A stretch of 64,000 nt of DNA from assembly GCA_020137815.1 (NCBI GenBank), contig CM035355.1, forward strand, positions 3,968,001 through 4,032,000, written 5' to 3'. The notes beneath the pieces were generated by a model. That model made no database searches. It was not told the origin of the DNA and saw only the letters and a program-made list of their open reading frames with translations. The position numbers were made by a program, and so were the translations under genes. The stretch is from Hormiphora californensis (Eukaryota > Animalia > Ctenophora). This document shows, one piece after another, positions 1 to 51,903 of this stretch (position 1 is its first letter; each line of letters begins with the position of its first letter).

Positions 1-33159
<33,159 letters not shown>

Positions 33160-33487
33160 GACGTAATGACGTCACAGACTTGTTAATGACGTCACTCGCA
33201 ATGAAGAGAGTGCAACTACATTCTACAAAATCAGGGAGGGGAGTTAGTAAAGAATTTGTGAAACAGACACGGAGGTCGGAGGGTCTGATCTTGAATTAAA
33301 ACTCCGGGGGTTCCCACTTTGAATAAACGCATAATAAAGAGTTAGACACAGTCACAAAACAACAATATAACAATACTTTTCGCAGCAACAGAGTTCACAT
33401 AAATCAGTCATGCACGTCATGCAATAATTATAGAGTCAACGAACACTACAGCTACTGAACAAATAACAGTTTGTCCCTCTAATCCCG

Positions 33488-35032
33488 CTAAGACTTTTTC
33501 CCGACTAACTGACACAATTCTCCGTACCCAGCCTGTTTCAACATGTCCAGAAAGCTGTGAAACTGGGTAAATGATGTCTCAATCGTTTCTAACAACTCGG
33601 GTTCTATCTCCCCCGGTGCATCCGACATTTGTGATTTCAAGAAGAGATTCTCACGTTCCAGTGAACTAACTTTCATCTCTAACAGTTTAGTTTTCTCTTT
33701 CTCAAGATATAGATCCCGCTTATAAACCTCCATATCCGCCCTCAGATCCTCCAATATCGAGAATATCTTCTGCTCCTCATGCTGCCTATTAGACCCGTTG
33801 GATTTCATCCAAGTTTCGCTGTTTGCTGGGAGATTCTATTCGTCCCTTTCCCGTTGGTTTTTGGTGGATCAGAATGGGTGAGAACTTACTTTGATCGTTA
33901 TCCAGCTTTATATCGTTTAGATGCTCCGTGTTGCTCACCACCGATTTCTTCAGGACACTGCTATAGTAATTCTCGTACTGAGAGTACTTTTTGGGAGCGG
34001 GCACAGTCCTATGTGATTCATTGAGAGAATTCCTCATTTTAATATTTGAAACACTGTGCCTTGCTGCTTTCTTCACAGGTTTTCCCACGCTTTTCTTATC
34101 CTGAGACCCAAACAGCGGCCCATTAGAATACCCCTCTAGGTCAGATTTCTTGTTCTTCTTTAAAACTTGGGATACCTTCTCCAGAAGCTTCATATCTTTT
34201 ACCTCCGGATTTCTCTCATGTCCAGTACACACAACGATGTATTATCCTCGAGCATCACCAAAAACAACTTTGCTCCTTCATCTGTTATCTCGCACTGTTG
34301 AAGGTCAATAGCTTTCACCCAATAATCATCTTGTAACGAAGCGCTGATCTCCTCACATCCCTCATCACCGATAGGGTTACAATTTAGTGTAATCCGTCGA
34401 ACACACGAAACAGCACTTGTGTCTGGGTTGTTGTACCGTAACGTGTGTTTCCATGTTTCTGAGTGTCTCTCCAGGATTTGAGATCGGAGGAGAGAGCCGA
34501 CTAGAGAACACGCGGTCGAGGTTAGTTTGCAGTTGGAGAAGTCAAGGGTTGATATACTGAGGCTCTTCCGGATGGTAGGAAAGAGGTCCTTGAAGGATTT
34601 GTCACCGACCAGGGAGCCTGAAACTCGAAGAGTTGACAGGGATTGGTTGCGAGAAAGTCCTCGAGATAAGCTGTCGATTTGAGCTTTCTTTAAAGGAATG
34701 TTAAGAATGGAAAGTCTCTGAATGCTCGAGGAGCACATTAGACAAGAAACTAAGGCTTTGAAAAGACTAGTTTTTACAGCCAAGCTGAAGGACGGTCGGT
34801 TAGATTTGACCACATATTTGTTTTTGGAAGTACTCGAGTTTTCAATGACAACTTCAACAAGACTCGAGTCGTTTTCCAAGGTTTTTAAGAGCGGTTTCCA
34901 TTCCTCTGGCTGCAACTTTTCTACCCTAACATGGTAGATATTCTGCTCTAGCTTCTTTAAAATAGCTGTATTTGGAGCCAGTCCCACGAGTGCACAGGCA
35001 CTCCTGTATTTATCCACAGCAACCTGCTTCAT
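33488..35032 (-). CDS. CEP78: Centrosomal protein of 78 kDa (LRR plus C-terminal coiled coil), intronless, two apparent frameshifts
   Basis: RHSETWKHTLRYNNPD..VRRITLNCNPIGDEG, DYWVKAIDLQQCEITDEGAK and C-terminal IETSFTQFHSFLDMLKQAGYGEL match CEP78 signatures. Pieces 34199-35032, 33789-34232 and 33488-33808 overlap in shifted frames. Confidence 0.9.
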
Positions 35033-37341
35033 TTCTCATGAATCTAGATAGAAATTAATTACGATTAGAAACCTGAACATTGAATCATCCGGCACCGCCC
35101 AGTCCCAACACCGCCCAGTCCCAACCGGCCCGCCAACTCCAACTCGCGATCTCTTGAGAGCGTTAAAGTTGGATTTTAAAACTGTCCGCCCCCTTTTTGC
35201 GTTATAGGTCATAGCTCTACCGGTAACCCCTAAATTATTGTTTCTGAGTCAGATGTTCTGACTGAAAACAGAAAAAGACAGGCAAATTTTTCTCAGCGCG
35301 AAAAAAAGGGCGCGATTATAATCTGGGTGCCTTGCAGCCTGTTTACAGGTGCGCGCTACCAAAAGAGTACACTTAGACCGACTTTTTTCAAACGGCTATA
35401 GCCACGCAACCACATGGCCAATTTGAGTAAACTAAACGGTATCGTTAGAGAATCGATAGCCCTAACCGATAACCCCAAACCAAACCCACACAACCAGACC
35501 CTAACGGATAGCCCTAACCCGTCGCGCGCGCCAAAACTACGAATTGTAAGCAATGAAAGGCACCCAGATTTTAACGTTTTCCCGAAAAAACTCTGAGCTG
35601 ATTTTAAAAAGCCAGGCAAAATTTATTAAACCTTTTTATTCACGCGCGCGGTTGAAACTTGAGCCGCGCAGAGCTCTTTAATGTTTTCCGCGCCCTCCGT
35701 CAAATGACAGCATAAGTGATAATGCGTTGGGTTTAGAGAATGGCATAATTAGTATAATTTTACGCTATTAGCGACACCAACTGGCGCCAGGGCAAGCGGC
35801 GTGTTACTGTCAAACCAAATCCGAAGTCTCCACCTGCAGTAGTTGGTGGCACCGGTTAGTATAGTGGCTGTTTGGCGCCGCCGACCCGATCTCAGATCTG
35901 AGCGCATTGTCAGAATTTGTTGACTCAACAAGTCATAATGAATTTGGGGTCTGGTGGTACCAATACCAGTACCAGACCCCCCTGTTTCAGTGTTTCGGAC
36001 GGTACGCTCAGTCCTCAGATCGGGTTGACGCCGCCATACAGCACCACTACCAGTACCTCTTGACAAGAGTCTCACTCTCTTATCTCTATCACTCTTTATC
36101 ATGCATAATTGTGTACCAAAGAATCCTATACAATATACTGACATGGACAGTGATACCAGTTTGTTCGGTCATAATCCAGTGGATGCACAAATGATATTCT
36201 AAAATTAGAGAACTGTAAAAGTAAATGGCAGACTGCAGAGTTCGCACACGGACCAAGGCACCATTACAAGTATAACCCCTATTCATTGGTCTTGTACTTG
36301 GTACCCCCTGTAATCTGTCTGGCGTTGCCAGAACCCGTTTTGATTCTCAAACAGTGTGCTCAGATAGGGTCGGCGCCGCCAGACAACCTGTAATCGGCCG
36401 TCTGGCGGCGCCGTTCTGAGTTCATTGTCGCCAGTCAGGGTAGATTGATATGGAGACTAGTACAGAGACTAATACCTACAGATCACAGAAAGACGTGCAA
36501 TCGCTAAAATTTCAAGGGCCGCTCCTGCCTCCTGGCTAAAAAGGCCAAAACATGACATGTTTTTTAAATTTTCCCACGGTGTGTGTAGCGCGGTTTTCAG
36601 AGTTCAAAAACGCGCCGACAAGTCGTCATAAACGATCTCGCGCGTCACGTTTTTCTAATCAACCGATCATCCAAAAGAGGGACGAAATTGTGACACACAC
36701 AATAACCTTCACAGAGCACGTTTTTACGACACATCTCTGTCAAGTTATTGTTATTGTGTCATGGCCCGAGATGTGTGGGCCCCCGGAAAACGGCTCAAGT
36801 GTGAAGGCAAGTGTGAAAGTACAGGGAGTTGCAAAACGCGTCCAAGTAGCGTTTTGTGCGTGGTGTGAGCTACTAATAAATTTTCACCGGCTACTTGCCA
36901 CGACTGCCGCCGATGTGTGACTCATGGCCTGCTATATGAGAAAACAAAAAAAGTGTCATTTTCTTTGTACACTAAATTCGTTTTCTTTGTCAGCTTTTGT
37001 GCATCTCTGCAAAACCACAATGGGGTGATTTATATCCGCACATACTACATGTAGGTAGTATGTTCAGTGGTGTAATAAGTGACTACAATAACAAATGAGC
37101 AGTATACTCAGCTCCACTACTGCACACACGGGTACCTACTCAATTGGTGGGTTGAAGCTATATGAGCATCATCAGCTCTCTCGGTGGTTAGGTTATATTG
37201 GAGTAACCTACTATCTGTAGTCGTTTTGTTCAAACCCTTCTTATACACGGTCACTGGTCAGAGAGGGTCAACATGGTGTTTTTAGTACCTGGTATGTTGA
37301 TTCCTAGAAAAGTATCAGGAAAGATTTTGCCCTCCCCTACT

Positions 37342-37640
37342 GGGGGGGGGGTGACACGTAACACTTTGTAACACTTTGTAACATGTGCAGAAAACTTTTT
37401 GTGCACGTTACATGTTACAAAGTGTTACAAAGTGTTACAAAATGTTACAAAGTGTTACAAAATGTTACAAAGTGTTACAAAATGGGCATTTTTTGCAACA
37501 TTTTGCAACATTTTGCAACATTTTGTAACACTTTGTAACACTTTGTAACGCTTGTAACACTTTGTAACATGTGCAGAAAATATTTTGTGCACGTTACATG
37601 TTACAAAGTGTTACAAAGTGTTACGTGTCACCCCCCCCCC
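37342..37640. mobile_element. Foldback MITE with poly-G/poly-C termini, 7-8 bp TSD and internal 10 bp repeats
   Basis: (c)ccctact|G10TGACACGTAAC ... GTTACGTGTCAC9-10|(c)ccctact; internal acactttgta / tacaaagtgt arrays in alternating orientation. Confidence 0.8.
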
Positions 37641-38068
37641 CCCTACTGCTGAAGATATCTTCCTGTTCCACTGAACAAATAGTAACGTTTTGTTTTTAAA
37701 TAGGCTCTCGCAACGTCTTTGATCCTGGAGGAAGTGTGAAGTTAGTACGGTAGTATGGCAGGGTAAGTACCTAGGTCCTACCACTCGTCTGGCCCCGGCC
37801 TAAGTAGTATCTCCTAAACAAATACGAGGTGTTCTGTATATTTGGCCTTCTTGGTCTGATCGCGTCTGTTGTTTGTTGGGGCCACTCACCTACTGTATTT
37901 ACAGGCCTGGAGAACTGGCGATTGCTTGTCCCGTTTCTTATTAGCGTTTGTTTCCCATTTCCCGACTGTACCTGATTAGGCAGTTATTTCTAACGAAATT
38001 CACTGGAACGAACAAGCCGAATACGGGTGTATATTCCGGAGACACACTTCCTCCTCAGTTAAACTGAA

Positions 38069-38135
<67 letters not shown>

Positions 38136-38455
38136 AGAGAGAGAGAGTGAGAGAGAGAGAGAGCATGATTGAGAAGAGCTCGAGCTCGCTCTCGCGCTCA
38201 CTCTCTCTCTCGCCGCTAGCGCTCGCTCTCTACGAGTCGAGCGATCTCGACGAGAGAGCGAGATTGGTAGCTCCTTGTCACTCTCAGTTTTCCTCCTTGT
38301 GTGTGTTGTAGTATGTCTGACAGCCCCTAGTGCACACAGTGTGTGCGAGGTCCAATGAGCGCCGTATCACGTGGTACTCACTCACCGCACGTGTCTCTTC
38401 TTCCTGTTGTGGCTCTTACACGCTCGGTCACTCTTGTTCAACTCTCTTATCTCAA

Positions 38456-38512
<57 letters not shown>

Positions 38513-39099
38513 TGTTCAGTTTTGTTACCTAGCTCGTGTGTGTACAGACCCTCTGCCTCAATGATGGGTGTGTGCAATTGTTCAAGAGGACCCCCTCTCC
38601 CCAATTATCTGTCTGCCCCTTTTGTCTCTCTCTCACTCGCCCCCATCCTTATTATTATGCATCACCCTCTATCATGTCTATGATTTTGCTATTACTTTGT
38701 AGGCAGCAGTACCCTTGATTTCCCATTTCGATTTCGGAAGTTTATGTAGAGTCTAGTTTTTTGTTGTTGTTCAGTTTTCAGTTTTGCCGCCATGATTTTG
38801 TCTTTTGATTCCATTCCATGTTATCCAATATGTCGGTAAGTGGCCACTGTCATCCTCCCACACAAGGCCTCCCTCAGATTGCCAGTTTCGTTCCATATCT
38901 CTTCTCCTGACATGACAAACTCTTCTTTTCGTTCCTTATCATAACTGTCATAAATAACGAATCGTCCCAGGTTGTGCAAGGTACCGACCCATCCATCTCA
39001 TTCCATTTTCTCTCCCTCCTCCGACCCCTCTCATTCAACTTTTATTCATTTATGACTCCCTTTCGTGTGTCTTGTTTTTCTTTTTTATCCCCAAAACAT

Positions 39100-40019
39100 C
39101 ATTTTTTTTTTTTTTTTTTTCATTTTTTGGGCTCATTCCCCCCCTTTTGTTAAATTGGGTGTTTTTTTTTGGGGATTGGGTCTACTTTCTCTCTAACCTT
39201 TTTTTACTTTCATCCTCCGAATTCTTTCCCTAAATCCCCCTCCCCCCCATTGAGTTTTCCCCTTATGGGGATTTTTGTCTAAAAGATAGGAAGGGGAGGA
39301 AAAGAAAGAAGGGAAAAGGAGGGGAGGGGGGAAAAAAAAATAGAGAGGTGGGGAAAGGAAAAGGGGGGGGAAGGGGGGAAAAAGGGGGGGGGGGAAAAAA
39401 CAAAAGGGGGGGGGGGGTTTTTTAAAAAAAAAAAAGGGGGGGGGGGGGGGCCCTTTTTTTAAAAGGGGGCCTTTTTTCCCGTCTCCCCCTTCCCCCCCCC
39501 TCCCTTACGCCCCTTTCCCTCTTCCCCCCGGGGGCGGGTTCGGGGGAAAAATTTTGGGGGGGGGGGGAGGTTTTTTTTTTTTTTTTTTTTTTTGGGGGGG
39601 GGGGGGGGGGTTTGCCCTTTTCCCCCCCGGGCCCGGTAAAGGGTGTTTTTCCCCCTTTCCTTAAACCCCTTTTCTTTTTCCCCCCCTTTTTTTCCTCTTT
39701 TTTGGGGGAAGAAAGGCCCCTTTTTTAAAATTTTTTTGGGGGGGGAGGAAAAGGGGGGAAAAAAAAAGGGGAAGGAAAAAGAGGGTTTTTTTAAAAAAGG
39801 GGGGGGGGGGGGGGGGAAAAATTTTAAAAAGGGGGGGAAAAAAAAAAGTTGAAAAAATTTTTTTTCCCCTTTTTCCCCCCCCTTTTTTTTTTTTTTCCCT
39901 TTTTTTTTTTTTTTTTGGGNNNNNNNNNNNNNNNNNNNNNNNNNNNNNNNNNNNNNNNNNNNNNNNNNNNNNNNNNNNNNNNNNNNNNNNNNNNNNNNNN
40001 NNNNNNNNNNNNNNNNNNN
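39100..40019. other. Low-quality homopolymer-rich sequence and 100-N assembly gap
   Basis: N run at 39920-40019, preceded by runs of G/A/T/C with no information content. Confidence 0.9.
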
Positions 40020-40652
40020 GGACGGAAGGAGGACGGAGGGAGGGGTCACTGGTGAATTGTAGAAAAACCAAGGAAGGGGGAGATAGACAAAAAAAAAAAA
40101 AGGAAGAGATGGGGATAATAGGAAGATCAAGTTCAATACACGGGAACAGGACACACACACTTTTGCTAACAAGCATCTCGCCTTCTCGTTCCCTCTCTCT
40201 CTTTCTATCTTTCTCTCTCTCTTTCTCGTGCTCGGTCTCACTGTCTTCGCGTGTGCATCTGGTCTCTTCAACGTGTAATGATTTGCTCCCTTTTCTTCCC
40301 TTTCCTTTTTCCTATCTCTCTCTCTCTCCTCTTATGCTACCCCTTCCTCGTGCAGTTGCAAATTACCGTCACCCTACTACTCTTTGGTTTATGCAAGACA
40401 CGTCTCATCTCTCTCTCCCTATCTTCCTACCTCTCTCTCCCTCTCTGCCTCTCTATCTATCTCTCTCACATCTATCTATTCCTCCCTCATGATCCCCATC
40501 TTCCATTTTGCTTCCATTGTCCTATATTGTGGGAGACTGGGAGGTAAGGGGGGCTATGTCTGCTGCTATGCTAAATTATTCGGCATACTGTCTCTTTTTA
40601 AGGTCCACCCCGCCGTATAATGACCCTACCCCTTATCTTCTCTCCTTCGCTC

Positions 40653-40741
<89 letters not shown>

Positions 40742-41323
40742 GAGATCTAATTGGTACCTCTCGGCCGTCCCCTAGCCTCCTCTTCTTTCATTTATCATTT
40801 CGTTATGTTTTATTCTGTTGATATCCTTTCATCGCCATTCAAACACGCCAGAAGAGATTTCTCTTCTTTACTTAAAATATTTTCCTCTCTCCAACTCAAA
40901 TTCGTTTTCTCCCTCCGCGGTCCGTTTGTCCGTCCGTCCGTCACCTCACCCTTCCTGTAATTTTTCGCATATTCACTACGCTGCACAGTTAGTGGTCCCT
41001 CGTGGCGGCGTTTTATTCAATGTGGGGAAGCTCCACACCAAAGAGAGAAAAGAAGAGCGAGAGAGAGAGAGGGGTGAGGGAGAGAGAGGGGAAGAGAGAT
41101 GGTCAGAGAAAGGGTTCCGAGTCTTTGGAACATATGGGATGATATAATTTAACAATAGCGGAACGGGATAAGCGCAACGAGCGTAAAATTAATAACAGAT
41201 GGCCTATTATTATCACTATTGTTGGTTTGTTTATAAGAAAGACAGAATGCTTGCCTTGGCTTTAGATCTGTAAAACTTTGATTCAGCTGATGTTTTCTTT
41301 TCTCGTAATCCAGTTTCCAAGAT

Positions 41324-41427
<104 letters not shown>

Positions 41428-41438
41428 GAAGGAGAGAG

Positions 41439-41483
<45 letters not shown>

Positions 41484-43509
41484 TAGCGAGCTGTTGTCTT
41501 CATATATTACTTACTAATGGGAGAGGCAAGAGTTATAATGGAAGTAACTTGGGAGAGGGATGATGATGATGATATGGGGGGGGGGGGGGTGATGGATTTA
41601 TGGTGTAAGCGGGCCCCGACTCACCCCCCGAGACCCCTCTTGTACACACACTACACTGGCATTCTCACTCCGCCTTCTCTGCGAATTGTTTGTACAGTTA
41701 ATGGTGGCGATGAAAGCTATGGATTGAGAGAGAGAGAGAGGGTGATATTCCACCGACCAATCACAGTCCAGTATTGGAATCACGTGATTTGGATGGAGAG
41801 GCGTCATTGGAGAGTGTGGACAGCTAATTGTGTTTGTCTAATTGGTTGGTGTGTGTATTGCGTATCTTCTTCAATTCGCCCTATAGTCGAGTAAGCTGTA
41901 GGTTACAGGGTGGAATACCTTTTGTAGCCTTTTGTAAAACTATCCCTTTTTGTAACCTTTTTGTTACCTTGGAGATGTACCTTTTTTGAAATTGGGAAGT
42001 TAGGAATCTTTCCAAGACCCTTGACCTTGTTATGTGTGCACTATACATCAATTACCCCCTCAGTTTAACTTGTATAAACCAGTTTACAGTTAGTACTCAG
42101 TGTAGTACAAATATATCCATAATAATAAATGAGTGTGTGTAGTAAATCACTATTTGAACCTGCCTTCTCAATTTCGCCTTGTTGTGCTATACTGTGTATG
42201 GAAATCTTTCGCTCTCTTGAGATTTGTGTGCCTTGAGGGATAATGGATAGGGTGCCCCTTCATTGCTAGTCGTTAGTGACATATGATAATCATATTTATA
42301 TTCTGAGGAGAGCAAGGGCTGTTTTGAGTGAGAGACCAATCCATTGACACTACCATGCGAGCTTGCACTTTCTCTCTCTCTCCCACACTTTCTCACTATT
42401 GCCAATCCAGAGCTCACTTTACCAGGAATTGTGTGTGTGTGTGTGTGATCCGCACTTGGATCCATCGCATCCTATTCTCGCTCCGCGAATAATAGGATCC
42501 CGGCCCGTTGAGAGCAAGAACTCACGTGCGCGCGATATAAAGCACGTTTTCAGCAGATCGCGCGTGATAGACCGTTTTTGGAGACCATTTTAGCTGACCT
42601 AGCACTACTCAAAGGTCAATTATGGCCTCATTTCGCATCGTGATGAATCGGCGGGTATTTTCCCATACTCACAAGGCCATGACGATTCCCCCAGTACCCG
42701 CAGATTGTTCCAGGACCGAGTACGAGCTTGCAGCCAGGTCTTTAAAGAATTGCTCATGTTTAGCGTCAATTTTGACCCACTATTCCTCAAATGCTGATAC
42801 TCGCGGGTATTTTCCGTAAAACTAGAGACAATTATCTGCCAGGAGCAACAAACGAGATGTAAATCGGTTCAGTAGTTCCTTGCAGCCAGGTCTTTGAAAA
42901 AGTTTGCTCTAAAATCAATAACGGACCGGAGGCCTAGATGTGAGATCGATCTCGGTCGCTGCGCGACCTCGATCTCACTCAGGCATCAATGTGGCCAAGA
43001 TCCGCACATTGTTATACCATAAAGCTGGTGGATCTCACTACGCGGACTGGAGAACGGTGTTCCTAGCACAGCTTACACATAGCCCGCCTTCTTTCTATCT
43101 CTCTTTCTCTCTCTCTCTATCTCTCTTTCTCTTTCTATCTTTCTCGTGTTCTCTCTCGTTCTCTATTTCGTTCTCCTATATGTTGCGCTTTGTGTTCAAT
43201 TTCATTTCTTTTCCTCTCAATTCTCCCCTCAAGAATCCTTTTGTATTTTGTTCTCCTCTGATTACCAGATCTTCGAGTTTGTTCAACTGTCGTTTCTGTT
43301 TGTTACACTGATTTCGTCCGTTGTTAATCTCTAGACCATTCCTCCAAAGTAGACTTACAATTCACTTATCTCTCCCTTTCTTACTAATCCCTCCATATCT
43401 CCCTTTCTTGCTATATTCTTCTCTCTACTCCTCCCTCCCTCCTTTGACGTGCCTAATCATTACCGTAACCCATACTAGGCTAGATCACAAGAGCCATGGC
43501 GTAAGAATT

Positions 43510-48283
<4,774 letters not shown>

Positions 48284-48372
48284 GTGGTGGAGAGATAATG
48301 AGACAAGAGAGTGTGTGAGAGAGAGAGAGCGTGAGTGAGAGAGAGGGTGAGACAGGGTGAGTAAGAGAGGGA

Positions 48373-48442
<70 letters not shown>

Positions 48443-48971
48443 AGAGGGTAAATTGGAGACAGAACAAACGAATAGTTGCGAGAGAATGAGAGCCAAGAGG
48501 GACAATTTGAATATAAGAGTGGTTGATCCTAAGTTATTATGTTTTACCCTTTTTGATTGTTTTTATACACTTTTTTCTATTATAGACGCACTTATCTCCC
48601 TCCCCCAGTCTGGTCTACTATTATAATGTGCGTTAAAGTAAAGACACTATATATCGTGGAAAAAGAGAGAGTAAGGGAGTGAGAAAAAGAGAGTGAGGGA
48701 GATGTGTCTTTACACAAATGAACTGATTCTTTATCACGTTACAACCAGCTATTAAATGTGAGCGGCCAATTGTAGTTTACACACTACATGATGCTTTAGT
48801 CCTTGGAAATATTGCTGAAATACCGAGTTCAAAATTTGAAATCTCTCCCCCCTTATAGGGCGATAACATTATTTTAACGAGTTCATTATCCCATCCTGCT
48901 CTCAATATATTTGTAAGTGATCCTCATACGAGTTGCTACTACATTCATTCTATCTACTAAGGGCCTATATA

Positions 48972-50252
48972 CTGTGTGTTTTTAAATGACTGAGACTGTT
49001 CAAATCGACATAGCGTCAAAAGTTGTGAATATTTTGCTCTGAAATTTTGGGACAAGGTAGATGGCTACCTGCCATTTATTGTACTCGAATTTCAGCAAAA
49101 TCGGTCGTTCCTGAATGAACCTGTAACCCAAAAACCTCCTCTAACTTTGAGCGCTCAGATCTCTGCAACCTGATGAGGTAGAGAGCTCAAACTTTCACAA
49201 TATGTTCATTAGACAATTTACAAACTTTTGGCTGCTTGGTTTGGCGATATCTTTTTTAGTTCCTTCGCAGGAACACGGCAAAGGGGTGTAAGTCGGCCTA
49301 ATTGGGAGCATTTTTGCACTCAGGTATCACGTATCACGTGTCTTACTGGAGGTAATCAGCCCCCAACAATGTGTTACACCGATTCTGTAATTGGTGCTGA
49401 GTGTGGTAAAGTGTGGCGCTTCGTCAGCAGACGTGATCATAGTGTCCGAAATCGGTCACAAGCTGAAATCCAGACAAACTTTTCTAATTCTCTTCCTTTA
49501 CATTCTGCTGTCTCTCTCTCTTTCTTGTTACAAGGTCACGTGATTAGATGTGGAACATCTCGACATGACAACAACGTCTAGTGTCACCGATTCGCTCTCT
49601 CCATCTGCTGAGTGTAGCTCTCTCGTCATGACGAAGAGGATGTGACTCTCTTCCTTTCTCTCTATTTCTCTCGCTATCTTGTTTTCTCTCTCTCTCTCTC
49701 TTTCTTGTCATGACGAAGCGCCATGCTCTACCACACTCAGCACCGCAGCTAGTCACGTGACCTTGTCAACGATTTCAGACACTATGATCACGTCTGCTGA
49801 CGAAGCGCCACACTTTGCCACACTCAGAACCAATTACAGAATCGGTGTAACAGATTGTTGGGGGCTGATTACCCCCAGTAAGACACGCGATACGTGATAC
49901 CTGAGTGCAAAAATGCTCCCAATTAGGCCGACTTACACCACTTTGCCGTGTTCCTGCGAAGGAACTAAAAAAGATATCGCCAAACCAAGCAGCCAAAAGT
50001 TTGTAAATTGTCTAATGAACATATTGTGAAAGTTTGAGCTCTCTACCTCATCAGGTTGCAGAGATCTGAGCGCTCAAAGTTAGAGGAGGTTTTTGGGCTA
50101 CAGGTTCATTCAGGAACGACCGATTTTGCTGAAATTCGAGTAAAATAAATGGCAGGTAGCCATCTACCTTGTCCTAAAATTTCAGAGCAAAATATTCACA
50201 AATTTTGACGCTATGTCGATTTGAACAGTCTCAGTCATTTAAAAACACACAG
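48972..50252. mobile_element. 1.28 kb long-TIR MITE (Tc1/mariner-type ends, TA TSD)
   Basis: ta|CTGTGTGTTTTTAAATGACTGAGAC ... GTCTCAGTCATTTAAAAACACACAG|ta; ~475 bp near-perfect inverted arms. Confidence 0.88.
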
Positions 50253-51518
50253 TATTTGACCTATGGGTCATTATACTAGGATGAGTGTAGTACGTCAATT
50301 CCGAAGGACTAAATTATAATGTGAGTAGGATGGCCCTTAAAAAGTCTAGAACCATCTAATTATCCAGCCAAAATATACATGGAAACCCATTAAATGGAGG
50401 GACTAAAGTATCGTATTCGAGAGAAAAAGAGCTGGTAACACAACGAGAGAAAAATGAGAGACATTTCCTAACATTTTTCATTTCTCTATAACAAAATCTG
50501 TCTGATAATTTAGTTTTAAAACAGCTAGCCACCAGGAAAACTGTTTTGTCTGTTTGTCTGTGATTGCTGTAGGGTATCTGTGGTGATACCACCTGTACTT
50601 TGTCGAGTCACCCAACAACTTGTCTGTGTGAGGGGATCGCCCTACGGGCGTGAGAACAGGGGGCATGATGTGCCCAACCCAACTGCCCAGGTGTGATAAT
50701 CCCACCGATTCAAACAAAAAATAACCTGTTAACAAACAGAAAAATAAATTAAAAATCTTTACAAACGTTGACACCTTTTAAAAAACGAAATCTCACAAAA
50801 TATATTATTAATCCTCGTGCTTCTCTCATTTTTGTTATGTTCTAACCCTCCTTTACGGAAAGACGGTCAGGCAAGGCACATTTTTGTATAAACACCTCTC
50901 ATTTATTTCTTTAGCATCTATAACACAAACACACACACACGCATTCCCTGGAACTGACAAGTATTGTTTATGATCACAGCTCCATGCATACTTGGTTCTT
51001 ATTCCACTATTATATGTTCTAGAAAGGACAATAATATGTTCTAGAAGGAACTATATACTCCGATAGATCATATCTTTTACATGATCCATTCTATTTTCAC
51101 ACCTTATTCTGATCCCTGTCTCTCTGTTCGATCACTCTTTTCTGTGGAGTGCGTGAGAACAGTGGTCTGCCTGACAGAGCTGTCTCAGGCAGCCACCGGG
51201 GTATCGAAATCAGGTCGACATATATACTTGGTCACTTGGTCAATCACACATTCGGCATTATATTTGTGAGTGTCACTAGCTCTAACAACAGCTGTTAGTA
51301 AGTTAGTATAACACACCAGTTCGTGCTGTAGCACAGTGTGCAATGGCAGATTAGTTGTTAAAATGTTGTAATAATCTCTAGCTACGAATCAATGCTCCTC
51401 ACAATTTTGACACTATCAGATCATCTGTCTAATGTTCTTTGCTCGTCAAGAGGACTAAAGTTCTCTATCTTCTTGGAGATGATGCAACTCTATTATAGGG
51501 CACACAAACTAGCAAGTA

Positions 51519-51903
<385 letters not shown>

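Noticed and set aside
33789-34232. Programmed frameshifting or pseudogenisation of CEP78 (also the GPCR, HYKK, dynein and beta-catenin)
   Set aside because: Single-base shifts occur in several unrelated, otherwise conserved genes with no in-frame nonsense decay; consensus indel errors are more parsimonious. Needs read-level confirmation.
35455-35525. Telomere-like CCTAACC motifs
   Set aside because: Only scattered imperfect copies, typical of repeat interiors rather than a telomeric array.
39100-40271. Lys/Gly/Phe/Pro-rich ORFs and possible G-quadruplex cluster
   Set aside because: Homopolymer noise flanking an N gap.
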